Positions 12,774 through 25,048 of a DNA stretch of 64,000 nucleotides are shown one piece after another. Location of the stretch: NCBI GenBank assembly GCA_051362555.1, contig CM120647.1:20312651-20376650 (forward strand), written 5' to 3'. Positions within the stretch are counted from its first letter, which is position 1, and every line of letters starts with the position of its first letter. This DNA is from Lingula anatina. Lineage: Eukaryota > Animalia > Brachiopoda. The notes under the pieces were generated by a model. That model was given only the letters and a program-made list of their open reading frames with translations. It ran no database searches and was not told the origin of the DNA. Position numbers and translations under genes: made by a program.

Positions 12774-15700
12774 TTAAGGGATCTAGGATATTAATGAAAA
12801 AGTCCAAAACTAATGCAGCTAATTAAATTTCCTATTAATAGTCCGGTGGCTTAGGGCCAAAAAAAAAAAAAAAAAAAACGGCCAAATTGTGACACGGCGG
12901 ATAAAAGCACCAAATTTTGCATGTGGGAACCTTTTGACATACTTAATCTAATTAAAGCCGTAGCCCACGGAAAAAATTTACCGTTTGGCCAAAAAATCCA
13001 AAATGGCCGCCAATTTGTGAAATTATGTAGAAATATATACATACCTATGTAGATTTTTATCAAATAAAGTATTTTCTCAATGTTTTCCACATCCTTATTA
13101 CCCATATTATGCATATATGTCAGATAACAAACGAGTGTCCTTGTACTTTTTGAAAAATCCAAGATGGCCGCCGTATGGCATAGGAATACTAGAACTTGTA
13201 CAAGGGTTTTCAACTAATGCCAACTAGGAAGATGCATTGCCCACTATCTAATTATTTTTGTTTCTGAGTGCCGTATTACACAAAGAATATATTTGTGGTG
13301 AGTAACTAACCTTTATTCTCAGGCATTTCGAGAAAAATCCAAGATGGCCGCCATATCAAAGGAATACTTGTATACACATAGGGCTTCTTCCGCCATGGAG
13401 ATATAATATTAATTGATAAATTAGGTTTGTTGCTTAGTATTCTCCACATCTTTTTAATCCACATAATATATATGTGGTGAGAATGTTATGTGTATCCTTT
13501 TTGAAAACAAAACAAAACAAAATGGCTGCCATTAGCCATAGAAGGTGGGGTTCAGTTAATACCTGCGAGAGATAGGCTTCCATTTAAAATGAAGCTACAT
13601 TCAGTTATTTTTCTGTTTTTTTATTATTATCATTATCCCATGATACATATCTGTTAGGTAATTAATGTCCATGTTTGATCATTTTGGGGAAATCCAAGAT
13701 GGCCTTCTTTTCCCCATAGGAAAACTGGTGCATTGGATTTTATAGGCACTTCTAAGGCAAATGAGGGCAATCATGATATTTTGTCAAAATACTTAAGGGT
13801 ACACACTTGTTACCCACCAGACAGATATCTCAAAGTCCAAAAAGAATGTGGGAGATACCGAAAAACAAAATTCATTTTATATTGAACCCAATGTCTCTCT
13901 GGCAGTAGTTGACTGTACTATTCCTATTGTGAATTGCAGCAATCTTGAATTTTATCAAATACGCAACATTCACACTTGCTAGACACCAGATTTATATAGA
14001 GTAAGGTTAATAAGGATGTTAACATGTTTGAACATCAAACGGCTTTATTTCATGTTGGAATCAATGTCTGAACTATTCCATTAATTGACACCTATGTGCA
14101 TTTGAATGATATATTCCTACGGTAACTGGCAGCTATCTTGGGTTTTCTCCGAATAGTACTCAAAGATACATACACTTTCTACACACACAGAGTCTTTCAT
14201 CGGGATAAATAGGATATAAAATACATTTAAAAACGATCTAAAGTTAACTACATTTAAATTACATTACATTTAAATTGTACTTTAAAGTGTATCTCTGGCA
14301 TTATTTGATTATGTGTAGTAATATTCTAATGACAAAAGGCAGACATCTTGAACTTTTTTCAGAATACCCAAAGATACATACATGCTACAGACCAGGTATA
14401 CACCACAGGGGTAATAATAAATGGAATGAAATACGTAAATTATTTTTAAAACAAACCCATGGTAATGTAATTGTATAATAAACCATATGCCTCTCTAGCA
14501 GCAATTGAAAGCCAACCATTAGTATTCCTATGTCAAATTGTAGCTATCTTGGATTTTCTCAGAATATCCAAGGATGCACACTATTTACCCACCAGATATA
14601 TATCATAGGACTAATAAGGATGGGCAAAACTTGATAAGCAAACACAATTTCACCCTGGTAGTAGATGAAAAGTCATGGATGTGCAGTTGTAATTCCAGTA
14701 GTATTCCTATGGCCAATGACAGCCATCTTGCATTTTCTCAAAATGATAAAACATGCACATTTATTACCTGCTAGATATGTATCACAGTGTAATAATAATG
14801 TGTAAAACACTGAAAAAATAAACTGAATTTGATAGTGAATTATGTTTTTCCTAGCTGGCATTAATTCCAACCCTTTGTAATACTAGAAGCATTCCTATGA
14901 CATATGGAGGCCATCTTGGATTTTCTCAAATTGCCCAAGAATACATGTTAGTTACTCACCACATACATATTGTGTGGGTGGAAAGGATGTGGAAAACACT
15001 CAGAAACAAACTTAATTTGATGGTGGAAAATTAATCTTTCCAGTTGCCATTAGTTGAATCCCCCGTTTACTAGAATTCCTGTAGCACATGACAGCCATCT
15101 TGGATTTTCCAAAATGCCCAAGAGCACTTCGTGGTTACTTACCACAAACATATTATGTGGGTAACAAAAATCTGAGAAACAGACTTAATTTGATAGTGGA
15201 AAACGTATCTTTCTAGCTGGTATTAGTTGTGCACCAGTATTCTTATGACTGTTTCTATGGCATATGACAGCCATCTTGAATTTTTTCAAAAAGTCCAAGG
15301 GAATTTGTTTGCTTTCTGACATATATGAATTAAATGGGTAATAAGGGTGTGGAAAACTCTGAGAAAATAATTTATTTGATAAAAATCAACATAGGTATGT
15401 ACATATTTCTATAGAATTCCATAAATTGGCAGCCATTTTGGATTTTTTGAAGAAACGGTTAATTGTTTGAGAGGGCTACGGCTCTGATTTGATTTAGAAT
15501 GTCAAAAGGTAACTACATGCCAAATTTGATGCTTTTATCCGCCGTGTCACGAATTTTTCCTTAAGCCACCGGACTATAACTAAAGGATATGGTCTAGCAA
15601 GCAAAAAAATTTTGTAGTCACAGTGTAACACGAGTGACGTAATATCAGCGTTTTGGGGCTAAAATTGTCATTTTTTAATCAAGATTTTCTCTTAAACAAG

Positions 15701-15820
15701 AAGCCCTATCAATACGATTGAAATACCTATCTAAAGGTTAGCACAAAAACCAGTAAACTGAGTCAGGATTTTCTCTTATTATCTTTACTTTTGATTTTAT
15801 TTTGATAAAACATGAATTTT
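12774..15820. mobile_element. Kolobok-like DNA transposon fragment (outer element) interrupted by the Academ-like element
   Basis: Absent from units 1, 3 and 4. Begins TTAA|GGGATCTAGG (TTAA followed by purines, as in Kolobok). No matching right end is visible, so it is probably truncated. Confidence 0.45.
12839..15576. mobile_element. Non-autonomous foldback DNA transposon, Academ-like
   Basis: Termini TAGTCCGGTGGCTTA...TAAGCCACCGGACTA, 3-bp TSD TAA (12836-12838 and 15577-15579), imperfect inverted arms of several hundred bp, many internal AATCCAAGATGGC(C/T)GCC repeats that switch orientation between arms, no transposase ORF. TAG..CTA ends with a 3-bp TSD fit Academ; PIF/Harbinger is an alternative. 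Confidence 0.8.
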
Positions 15821-16054
15821 ACAACTAGGACAAGTGAAAGTTGTTAATTATGGAAAACATTTTTTTGGACACATTTCCATTTGACGATCAAAACAATTTT
15901 CTTTTATAACGTTTGTGTTTCAAGAATTTAAATTCTAGATCAAGAAGAGTTGCCTATTCGATGTATGAGTATGAAAGTGAATGGACAACTATTTTACTCG
16001 AGATTTCTCAGTTCTGTTGATTCAGAAGTGATTTTTGGCGTGTTCCATCTCATC

Positions 16055-17803
16055 TTAGACCTTCGGGCGAGCGGCGTAAGCCCCTACAAATTAAAAAAGT
16101 GGTTAAAATGAGCTTGAGAGAGAGAGAGAGGTTTAAAATACGGTTATTTAAAGTCAAGGCGAAAATCAAACATTTTACTTTTTTCAAAACACCTACAGAT
16201 CTTTACCACACGCAAACATTCTCAACAACCCTTGGTTTCCCACACCGGACACAGATGTTACACAACCAAATTTTGTTTCAATAACACAATAAACAGCAAA
16301 AACTTTGGCTTTGAAGTATCCCTGAACAGAGGGTCATGGACTTACCATATCTATCGCAGTCTGGATGCTTTGTGTACACACCAGCATCGGCTTTGTCACG
16401 AGCGCACGCTGGAATCAGAAGATAAAAACAACGGTCAGTCATATGAAGCAACAACACGACGTTATGTGGACGTCTGAGCAACGTCAAAGCGGTGAATGAC
16501 GTCACGATGACGTCATATTCCTTTTGGACAGATTAACCTACGATACTTTAGGAAATAAAGGTTACCTAAAAGATATATCGCACATCGGCCTACTCTCAAT
16601 TTTAGGGCTGGGCGAAGCCACCAAGGAATAGTAATCGCAATGAAACTAATTGTTGGTGACAGTTTAACCTTAAGCCAAGCAAGAGGAATGCAGGTCTCGT
16701 AAAGCAACAAGCCTCGCTCGAGATTACGAACATGTAGTCAACCGACTTTACGATCTTATCTCAAAATATTAACGGTTCAGTTATAAAACATAAACGCATA
16801 TACTCACAGCAGTCGTGAGGGAGCCATCTATCTTTCGTTTCATAGTCCCCCAGTTCAACCCCACATTCGTCTACACAATAACTCCTGGAACGATACAAAG
16901 CTAGATTACACCACTGCCCGGGAACTGGCCATACTTTGCCGCCCACTGTTTCAATGTACTTTTTTTAGACAAGGATGTCAGATTATTTTATTAAACTGTG
17001 TTAAGAGAACAGGGTGTGTGCATGCACGTGTGTGAGTGCGTGTACTTGCGTGTGTTTGCTTGCATGTGTAATTGTGAGTTTGTATATGTATATGTGTCCG
17101 TTTTTACCTGTATTCGAGCCCTTGTGCGTGTATTTACCCCGCCTTCAATAATTCTCTATCTCAGCATTATCTCAATCTATCGCCCCGCTCGGTCGTCACG
17201 GTATTCCTACTACAGCAACTCGGCGTGACTGTCGCTCCGCCACCAACACCAACCAATTAATGAACCGAGCAAATAATTTCTGCCTCTCCTACCATATTAA
17301 CATCTATAGATAATATTACGCGTGAAAATCTCTCAACTCACTCAGACCCAAGGTACTGCTTCTTGTCAAACGTGCCCTCGGGGGTACAGATTGGCCTGTC
17401 CCGGCCAGCCAAAGGAGGTGAAGCGTCAAAATCTGCCTCCTCCTCCTTGCACGTTTTGGGACACTGTCCTGCAAACGATTTAAAAATGCACAAAATTTAA
17501 AAAAGCGATAACTCACAATCAAAAAGCGCCGAAGTCGATGTGGCTGCAGCATGCGGGCATCATGGTTAACTCGTGTTTGCACGCGTTTATAGTGTGTGAA
17601 GAATTCGACCAAAAACCCAATAAAGCCATGGACAGAAATTGTTTTGAGGAACAAAAGTATTTCTTCGCAATTGTGAATTTTTATGCCAAAACTTCATAGA
17701 AGTTTTTTTTTCTTTTTTTAAATTTTCGGTGGTACAAGTATGCTCTTACTATACCTGCATATACAGCCCCAACCACACAAATGGCGACAACTAAGAACTT
17801 CAT
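16055..17803 (-). CDS. Secreted thyropin-like protein, copy 2, 114 aa
   Basis: Exons 17803-17755, 17468-17342, 16884-16808, 16408-16346, 16083-16055. MKFLVVAICVVGAVYA-GQCPKTCKEEEADFDASPPLAGRDRPICTPEGTFDKKQYLGSESYCVDECGVELGDYETKDRWLPHDCSCARDKADAGVYTKHPDCDRYGAYAARPKV*. Confidence 0.88.
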
Positions 17804-19110
17804 CTTCAACCAGGTATTCTACCAAAGTGGGTACTTGTCTCGTTTTTGACGGCTGTCAATGTAACTGGCTCTCTTTTCTATGTCCCGCTATATAAGCCAT
17901 ACGCGTGTTCCTTAAATGGGGCATGGCATAAAATTATTTGAAGATTACCCGTTTAAGCCACTGAATACCGGTATTTTATTCTCAATCAAGCGTATAATAG
18001 CCCCAAACGTAGTAGTCTAATGAAGTGATTAGGAAATACCGACGCACCCGGGAATTCACTCCTAAAGTATTTTGCCATACGGAGGAACTAATAGAGAGCC
18101 CCTCTACAACATAATTACAATTGACATAAAGTGATGAATCCAATTGATATAATAACAGTTAAAACGGGAAAATGCTGAGCATTAATTCGAATGATGTTAT
18201 ATCTAACCTTCATCATTTAAAATTCAGGCTTTCATTCGTTTTGAAAGAGATAATATCTATATAATTTCGTGGTCATACGGTAATTCACGCCCAGTACGTT
18301 TATCGAGGGTATCTTTAATTTGAACATTAAAAACCGAAACAGTACTGCAATTTGATCGACATTAGTTCCAACCCTAGTTCCAATCCTCTAGTAGCCCTTG
18401 AATCATCGAGTCTATATAAGGCCACTATTTCCTCCCTTTTTTTTTTTTTAAAGCTTGTTTTATCCCTTGAAGCGTGTCCAGCTTCAGTCGGTTGGCGTCG
18501 CGGCTCTTATCTTTTTTATAAATCCCCAGTTCGTTAAATCTGTAAAAAATCGTTGATAATTTCTACTCACGAAATCGGGACATTGAAAATGAAGAAGGAT
18601 CAACCTTTCCGCCCCCTCCCCCTTTGCCCAGGGGTGTCATTCTAGATCCCCGGACCCCTGGGTTTGTATCATGGCGGTGGGAGGTGGAATGGATGTGGAC
18701 AATTTACACCTCCACCTTTCGACTCCACTCGGACGCTCAGTTGCACATTTTTAAGTATATATTGAGCTGAAAATTCAAGACCCAAATAGGGGCCATTCCG
18801 TTATAAATGGGACAACCCAGACACGTGAGTGACGCACCCATTTTATTTATAAAATATATATGTATAATCTAGACTTGTCCTTTTATATGTACTGTTTACT
18901 GTACACCAATATGGAAATAAATCAACAGTAATTGAAAAGAGATAAAAACAGTTAAAAAAAATATGTGCCATAACCCGTGGACAAGCTTTAAGAAGCAAAA
19001 AAAAAAAAAAAAAAAAAAAAGATAAATAAAAAAAAAATTTAAGAAATACTGACACCGTTTCTGCAGATTTTATTCAAGATAATGAAAAATCTGTTTTCCA
19101 CGTACATTGC

Positions 19111-19153
<43 letters not shown>

Positions 19154-19525
19154 TGACACAATACTTCACAAATACAGCATATATGTAGTACAAAAAAGAA
19201 AACTACAGTCACTCCCACTCTCACACTTAAGAGAAAATATACTATGTTATATTAATTAAATTTTTTATGGTACGTTAAACATTCAGGTTGATAAGGAATT
19301 GATAACATTTGAAGTGTACCAGAGTGACTTATCTATTTTTATCACAATTTTTTAATTTTTATTTAAATAAAGGCTCCTGCACACACTCACACATACCCAA
19401 CCTCACACACACTAGCACGCACACCCTATTTATATACAAACAAATATATACAGATTTATATACATGTATAATTAGAAGTAAACTAATAAGTAATAAAAAG
19501 TAAAAAATACAAACTGAAACAATAA

Positions 19526-22500
19526 CTATATGTTCTGATTTGCTATACTCATTAAAGTAGATTTAAGTTCCGGTTTAAGTAGCAATCTAGAATTTAATTT
19601 AGTACTTTTGAAAATAAAAAATTTAGAATGAAGAATTACAAGGTTTTTAACTTTATCACTACTTCCAAAAATGAGATCAGATGGCAGTATTTTGAAGACA
19701 TTTCCTGTAATTTGACTTAACCATAGTTCAACCTCTGTCCAGAAAAGCTTCACTAATTCACAGTCCATAAATAGATGCTTTATCGTTTCAGCCTGTTTGT
19801 TGCACAAACTACAAAGAGGATTCTCGATCATATGGTATTTAAACAGCAACTCTTTGGTACCCAAAATTCTGTGGATTATTCTGAAATTAAACCATTTCAA
19901 TCTTATTTCTTTAACTTTAACCAGGGCATTGGTATACGTTAGTTGCCAGTCTATTTTGATACCTAACTCTTGTTCCCATTTTTCTTCACATTTTGGTCTC
20001 TGACCGAGACTTTTTATGCAAATGTCATATATGCTTCTACATCCTTTTTTATCGTTACATAATGTTTTAACTGGGTTAGAGATCTGCGGTAATGGCAACA
20101 TAACGTTAGCATTCAGAAGTCTAAGCACAGGGTAGGCACCAAAGGTTGCTTGCCTTAATCCATAATACAGAGTAAAAGGAATCTGAATTTCAAACTCTTC
20201 TACAAAATAGTCAAATGATAGGAATTTCCCTTCGCTGTTAAATAAATCTTGGATAATATGGAAACCTTTGTCATACAAATTCTTATAAAAAATTCTTCTG
20301 CCATCTGATAATACAGCAGGATTATACCAGATTGGAGTTCTGAGAATGACATCGAGACTATTACTTGCCATTTTTTCTGAATATTCTGAAAAGTATATTA
20401 AGATTTCTCTCCAAAAAGAATTGCGAATTTTAGATATTTCCTTTGCATAAGTTGGTCCAAACTGAGTCAATCTCTGAACATCCGATCCAGTGGCTTCAGC
20501 AAAAAGTTTATTTGTTATTTTATCAGAGGTTATCAATCTGCGAATCCAGGAAATTTTTAGCGCCCTCACAAAGGATTCTAAATGTATCATACGGCAACCT
20601 CCCTGTTTATAGTCCTGAATAAGTGTTTTACGGGCAACTTTTTCTGTTTTACCGTGCCAAATAAATTTGAATAGCATATTTTGTAAATTTTGCAGCCACT
20701 CTTTGGTAGGGCTCGGAAGAGAGAGCAGTAGGTGTGTTATTTTTGAAATAATTAAAGACTTCACTACAGTAATCTTACCTAAAGTAGTAATATTTCTTTT
20801 TCCCCACCGATACATTTCTAATTCTATTTGCTGAAGCTTGCTGGTATAATTCAACTCATTCATTTGTTCTAAATCAGCTGTGAAAACTATACCTAATATA
20901 TTAAAAGGGTTGTTAGTCCATTTAAGATTGTTATCTTTACAGATAATTTCTCTACTGTTGGCCTTTGAACCAATCCATATGGCTTTAGTCTTACTAATAT
21001 TGGGCTTAAGCCCCGAGTACTTGGAAAACTGAAACAGTAAGTCGAGTGCACTCTTTAAACTTTTCTCTGAGCCATCTAAAAAAAGCACTGTGTCATCTGC
21101 GTACTGAGATAGTTTTACTTCCACCCTCCCCAAGTTTATTCCTGTTATGTTATTGTTTTGTCTTATAAGAATAGCTAGGATCTCAACACATAAATTAAAA
21201 ATGTAGGGTGATACAGGGTCTCCCTGTCTGCAGCCTCTGCCAATTTTAAAGAAATTAGAGAAAATACCATTTTGTATTACACATAATTCAGGATCATTAT
21301 ATAGAACATTTATCCATTTTTTAAAGTCATCACCAAAATTAAAAAACGAGAGAGTTTTTTTCATAAAATCCCAAGATATGCTATCAAATGCTTTAAGGAA
21401 ATCTACTGAGAGTATCATTCCTGGGATTTTTTTATCTTTTGTAATTTGCAAAACATCATAAACAATTCTAGTATTCTCACCAATGAACCGTCCTTTCAAA
21501 AATCCCGTTTGATTTTCATGTATAAGCAAATGTAAAACTTTTTTTAATCTATTTGAAATACAAGCAGAGAGGATTTTATATGAGATGTTTAAGAGAGATA
21601 TCGGCCTCCAATTTTCTAAAAATTCCCGTGGTTTATCCCCTTTGGGTAAAATTGAAATAACCCCTTGTTTCTGGGTAATGGACAAGTGACCTTTAGCAAA
21701 CCCCTTATTATATGATCTCACAAGAAACGTTCCTATATCATTCCAGAAAAATTTAAAAAATTCGACAGAAAAACCGTCGGGGCCAGGTGATTTGTTGTTC
21801 TTCATACTTTTTAAGGCTATTAGAGCTTCCTGATAAGTAATTGTTCCCTCTAATTGCCTAGCCGTATTGTCATCTAATATGTTTATTTTGTCTTTATCGA
21901 TTATATTATTCCAATCAAAAATTTCAGAGTAGTTATCTTGTTTCGAGTAAAGATGGTTATAGAAATCTCTGATTTCTTTCAAAATTTCTGCTTGATCGGT
22001 AATAATACGACCTGTCTCCCTTATAATTTTCTTTACAGTTTTATTTACAAAATTTCTTTTTTCCAGGGATAAAAAATATTTAGTTGGTTTTTCCCCTTCC
22101 TCTGACCATTTTACTTTGGTTCTTATATAGACCCCTCTAATATGTTCATGTCTCATTTCTTCTTCCTCTAGTTTCAGAGTCTGGAGCTGGTTTTCTAAAT
22201 TCGATGTGGGGTTATCTGTATACATGGAATATAATTTCTTAATTTTTTCAGCCAGGGTCTTCATTCTTATATTTTTCTCCTTTTTCTTTGCTGAACTATA
22301 GGCAATGGTATAGCCTCTAACCTGTAATAATATCTGTTCAAAAAATGCTTGCTCATCCACAAGAAAGTCCAGATCATTGTCACTAATTTTACATAACTCT
22401 GCTTTGTTATATGGACTGGCACAATATTGATATTTTAGATCCTCTATTATTTTCTTTACTCCTCTTATATACTCAAAATCTTTTAGAAGGCTGTTATTCA

Positions 22501-23248
22501 TTTTCCAGAAACCTTTCCCTTTTTTCTGCTCAGAGAGAGTAAGTTTCAGATGTATCATTGCGTGGTCTGTTCGGTATCCATAAGTTATCTCAGTTTGATC
22601 AACAAGATTCATGAGTTCGTTAGAAATAAGGAAAAAGTCAAGCCTAGCTCTTTTTACAGGGTTATTAGAGGACCAAGTGAATTGTTTCCTCTGTTCATGT
22701 TGAGCTCTCCATGGGTCTATCAAATTGAATTTAGTTTTCAGCCGTAAGAGAGCATCTCTTGCTTGGGGATTATTAACACGTCTGTAATTATAATAATCTA
22801 AATCACTATCTTGAACTAGGTTAAAGTCCCCCATCATTATCACAAAGTGACCCTCAAAATCTTCTATGATATTTCCGAGGTGAACAAAAAATTCCGGGTC
22901 ATCTTTGTTTGGTCCATATAAATTAATAAGTAAAACAGAGTAATTATTTTCAACTTCAATTTCGATAATCAAATAATTTCCATCTTTTCCGAACAACGTT
23001 CTCATTATTTTAAATTCAAAGTTATTGTTGAAAAGGATTGCCGTACCTCTTGAATTTGATTTGCCAGGGCTCAGAAGGGTTTTATATCCCCACAAGGAAT
23101 GTACTTTTGATTTGTCCCTCTCTGTAAAGTGGGTATCTTGGATACAATATATTGAGTATTTCTGTTGTTTCAAATAGTTCAGGACGTCTCTTCTCTTTTG
23201 AGTACCTCCAAGACCCCTACAATTCAAACTAACGATATGCAAACTCAT
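19526..23248 (-). CDS. LINE ORF2: APE endonuclease, reverse transcriptase and C-terminal zinc knuckle, 1240 aa
   Basis: SLNCRGL, IQDTH, MMGDFN, RLDFFL, TDH (APE); KSPGPDG, WRPISLLN, GCRQGDPVSP, QYADD (RT); CSLC..ETIKHLFMDC (zf-RVT). Confidence 0.97.
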   Translation of the reverse strand: MSLHIVSLNCRGLGGTQKRRDVLNYLKQQKYSIYCIQDTHFTERDKSKVHSLWGYKTLLSPGKSNSRGTAILFNNNFEFKIMRTLFGKDGNYLIIEIEVENNYSVLLINLYGPNKDDPEFFVHLGNIIEDFEGHFVIMMGDFNLVQDSDLDYYNYRRVNNPQARDALLRLKTKFNLIDPWRAQHEQRKQFTWSSNNPVKRARLDFFLISNELMNLVDQTEITYGYRTDHAMIHLKLTLSEQKKGKGFWKMNNSLLKDFEYIRGVKKIIEDLKYQYCASPYNKAELCKISDNDLDFLVDEQAFFEQILLQVRGYTIAYSSAKKKEKNIRMKTLAEKIKKLYSMYTDNPTSNLENQLQTLKLEEEEMRHEHIRGVYIRTKVKWSEEGEKPTKYFLSLEKRNFVNKTVKKIIRETGRIITDQAEILKEIRDFYNHLYSKQDNYSEIFDWNNIIDKDKINILDDNTARQLEGTITYQEALIALKSMKNNKSPGPDGFSVEFFKFFWNDIGTFLVRSYNKGFAKGHLSITQKQGVISILPKGDKPREFLENWRPISLLNISYKILSACISNRLKKVLHLLIHENQTGFLKGRFIGENTRIVYDVLQITKDKKIPGMILSVDFLKAFDSISWDFMKKTLSFFNFGDDFKKWINVLYNDPELCVIQNGIFSNFFKIGRGCRQGDPVSPYIFNLCVEILAILIRQNNNITGINLGRVEVKLSQYADDTVLFLDGSEKSLKSALDLLFQFSKYSGLKPNISKTKAIWIGSKANSREIICKDNNLKWTNNPFNILGIVFTADLEQMNELNYTSKLQQIELEMYRWGKRNITTLGKITVVKSLIISKITHLLLSLPSPTKEWLQNLQNMLFKFIWHGKTEKVARKTLIQDYKQGGCRMIHLESFVRALKISWIRRLITSDKITNKLFAEATGSDVQRLTQFGPTYAKEISKIRNSFWREILIYFSEYSEKMASNSLDVILRTPIWYNPAVLSDGRRIFYKNLYDKGFHIIQDLFNSEGKFLSFDYFVEEFEIQIPFTLYYGLRQATFGAYPVLRLLNANVMLPLPQISNPVKTLCNDKKGCRSIYDICIKSLGQRPKCEEKWEQELGIKIDWQLTYTNALVKVKEIRLKWFNFRIIHRILGTKELLFKYHMIENPLCSLCNKQAETIKHLFMDCELVKLFWTEVELWLSQITGNVFKILPSDLIFGSSDKVKNLVILHSKFFIFKSTKLNSRLLLKPELKSTLMSIANQNI

Positions 23249-24127
23249 AGATTAAATAACAATTTTGTGAATTATAATACTTTCAAGTAATCCAGTACGC
23301 AGATGACATCCATAGATTGTGTATATCTATGGAATATATGGCTCATTATATCGGTGTAAAATATTTTGTAGAGTAAGCAAGTCCACATCACAGTTATACA
23401 TGCAGATATCATGATAATATATTCATTCATATCTGGTGTAGTGCTCCAATTATGCATCACTTCACAAACATACAACCCCATACATACATTAACCCACATG
23501 TCATTTGACCCTAAACATTGCTTGATCAGGATGCTCTCACCTATGAGGTTTGCATACATCACACATTCATACACATGACACACACTCACATAGACAAAAA
23601 TTTTGTTCGTAAAACAAAAAACAAAGTAAGATAACATAAATACAATCATCCCACACATTTCGAGTATCAGTACTTGCAGCATGTTCTGAAAATTGAGGTA
23701 CCTAATGATCCCACAGAATATCAAATTGTAACATTGATAATATTTTGCATAATGTTAAGGATGAGCACCAATTCAAAAAATATTTTTACAACATTAATAT
23801 TTGAATGTTAGGGATCAGCACTCACCTTATCTTTATTGGTCTATGTAAAGGATATTCTGTACATACCAGTGAAAGCATTATGTGGGTTATTCTCCTTCCC
23901 AAAAACAAGGTTTATTGGAAGATAAGAAGAACCTTATGATTATTTCTCTATTAATCGTAAAGCATGAGAAGTAGTAACAATTGGGATCTACATGTGTACC
24001 TAGAAAATATGGAAGAAGAAAGTTTATAAACATAAAGTGATAAAGATAACCAAGCAATTACATTGCATTATATCTAGGCACTCTAGGCTTTACATATTAG
24101 AAAACAAAACATTAGTCATTTTTTCTC

Positions 24128-25048
24128 CTAATTGGACCTTTTCTTTTGTTTCAGTTTCTCCTCCAAATTATCACATATGTCTACCTTTATTCTGTTTCCA
24201 TTTTTTAACTGGCAGTATACATTGCAGTTAAAGAACCATGCACTTTCAACGTGCTCATGTTGTTTTAGTTTGTTCAAGAGAGTTAAGTTTTTTAATGTTA
24301 TGTCATCATACAGACGTGCACCAGATTTCAGTTCTCTCTTTTTCCGCATGATTGTTCTCTTGATATCTGTGTTTCTAAGTTTTATGATCACTGGTCTTGG
24401 GGATCCTTGTTTACCGGGTATGCGATGTATTGCCTGGATATCAGTAGGCTCAATATTCAGTTTGGCTTCTTTTTGCAGCATATCAATAAAGATTTCTCTC
24501 AGGTTTTCCTCCTTTTTTTCTATTATGTTCAAGGCCCTTATATTAGTTTTCCTTGAGTACTGTTCATTATGATTGCAAGAGCGCATGGTTTCTTTACTGT
24601 AGTAATCATTTTGTTTTAGCAGTTCATTCATTTTTTTCATTTCTTGGTCTTTCTTTCTCATGACTTCTTTCAACTGCTCATTTTCCATCTGAAGACTATC
24701 CACCTGATCTTGCAGTTTTGCAGCACGGGTCTCAGATTCCATTTTTAGACAGTCGAATTTCTGCATAAATTTTGCATCCATTTCTGATACCATGTTATTA
24801 AGAAGTCTTTCAACCACCCTTGTTACTGTAATTTCTAAATCCTCTTTTCTAATAGTTTCTTTAATCTCATTTTTTATTTCAGACAGCTCATGCATGAGCA
24901 TTTGCAATTCTTCTGCACTGGAGTTTGCCACCTCCGAATGAGGTCTTTTAGGTGCTGAAGTTATTGTTTGTGTTTTGCTCTTTGTATTGCTGCTTGCGAG
25001 AAACCTGGACATGGTCCTGTCATCAGCCTTGGTAGGTTTCTGGGCCAT
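24128..25048 (-). CDS. LINE ORF1: coiled coil plus RRM-like nucleic-acid chaperone
   Basis: First ATG at 25048 (MAQKPTK...), heptad-rich middle region, EQYSRKTNIR and IQAIHRIPGK..PRPVIIK motifs typical of L1/Tx1/CR1-type ORF1p; lies upstream of ORF2. Confidence 0.88.
   Translation of the reverse strand: MAQKPTKADDRTMSRFLASSNTKSKTQTITSAPKRPHSEVANSSAEELQMLMHELSEIKNEIKETIRKEDLEITVTRVVERLLNNMVSEMDAKFMQKFDCLKMESETRAAKLQDQVDSLQMENEQLKEVMRKKDQEMKKMNELLKQNDYYSKETMRSCNHNEQYSRKTNIRALNIIEKKEENLREIFIDMLQKEAKLNIEPTDIQAIHRIPGKQGSPRPVIIKLRNTDIKRTIMRKKRELKSGARLYDDITLKNLTLLNKLKQHEHVESAWFFNCNVYCQLKNGNRIKVDICDNLEEKLKQKKRSN

Noticed and set aside
17935-18065. NF-kB-like sites (GGGAATTCAC, GGGTAATCT) upstream of thyropin genes
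   Set aside because: Imperfect consensus matches that differ between copies; too weak to support immune regulation.
23272-23724. 150-aa ORF between LINE ORF1 and ORF2 as a possible third ORF
   Set aside because: TTG start, TG-rich low-complexity composition and no motif. It would need conservation across family copies to be credible.
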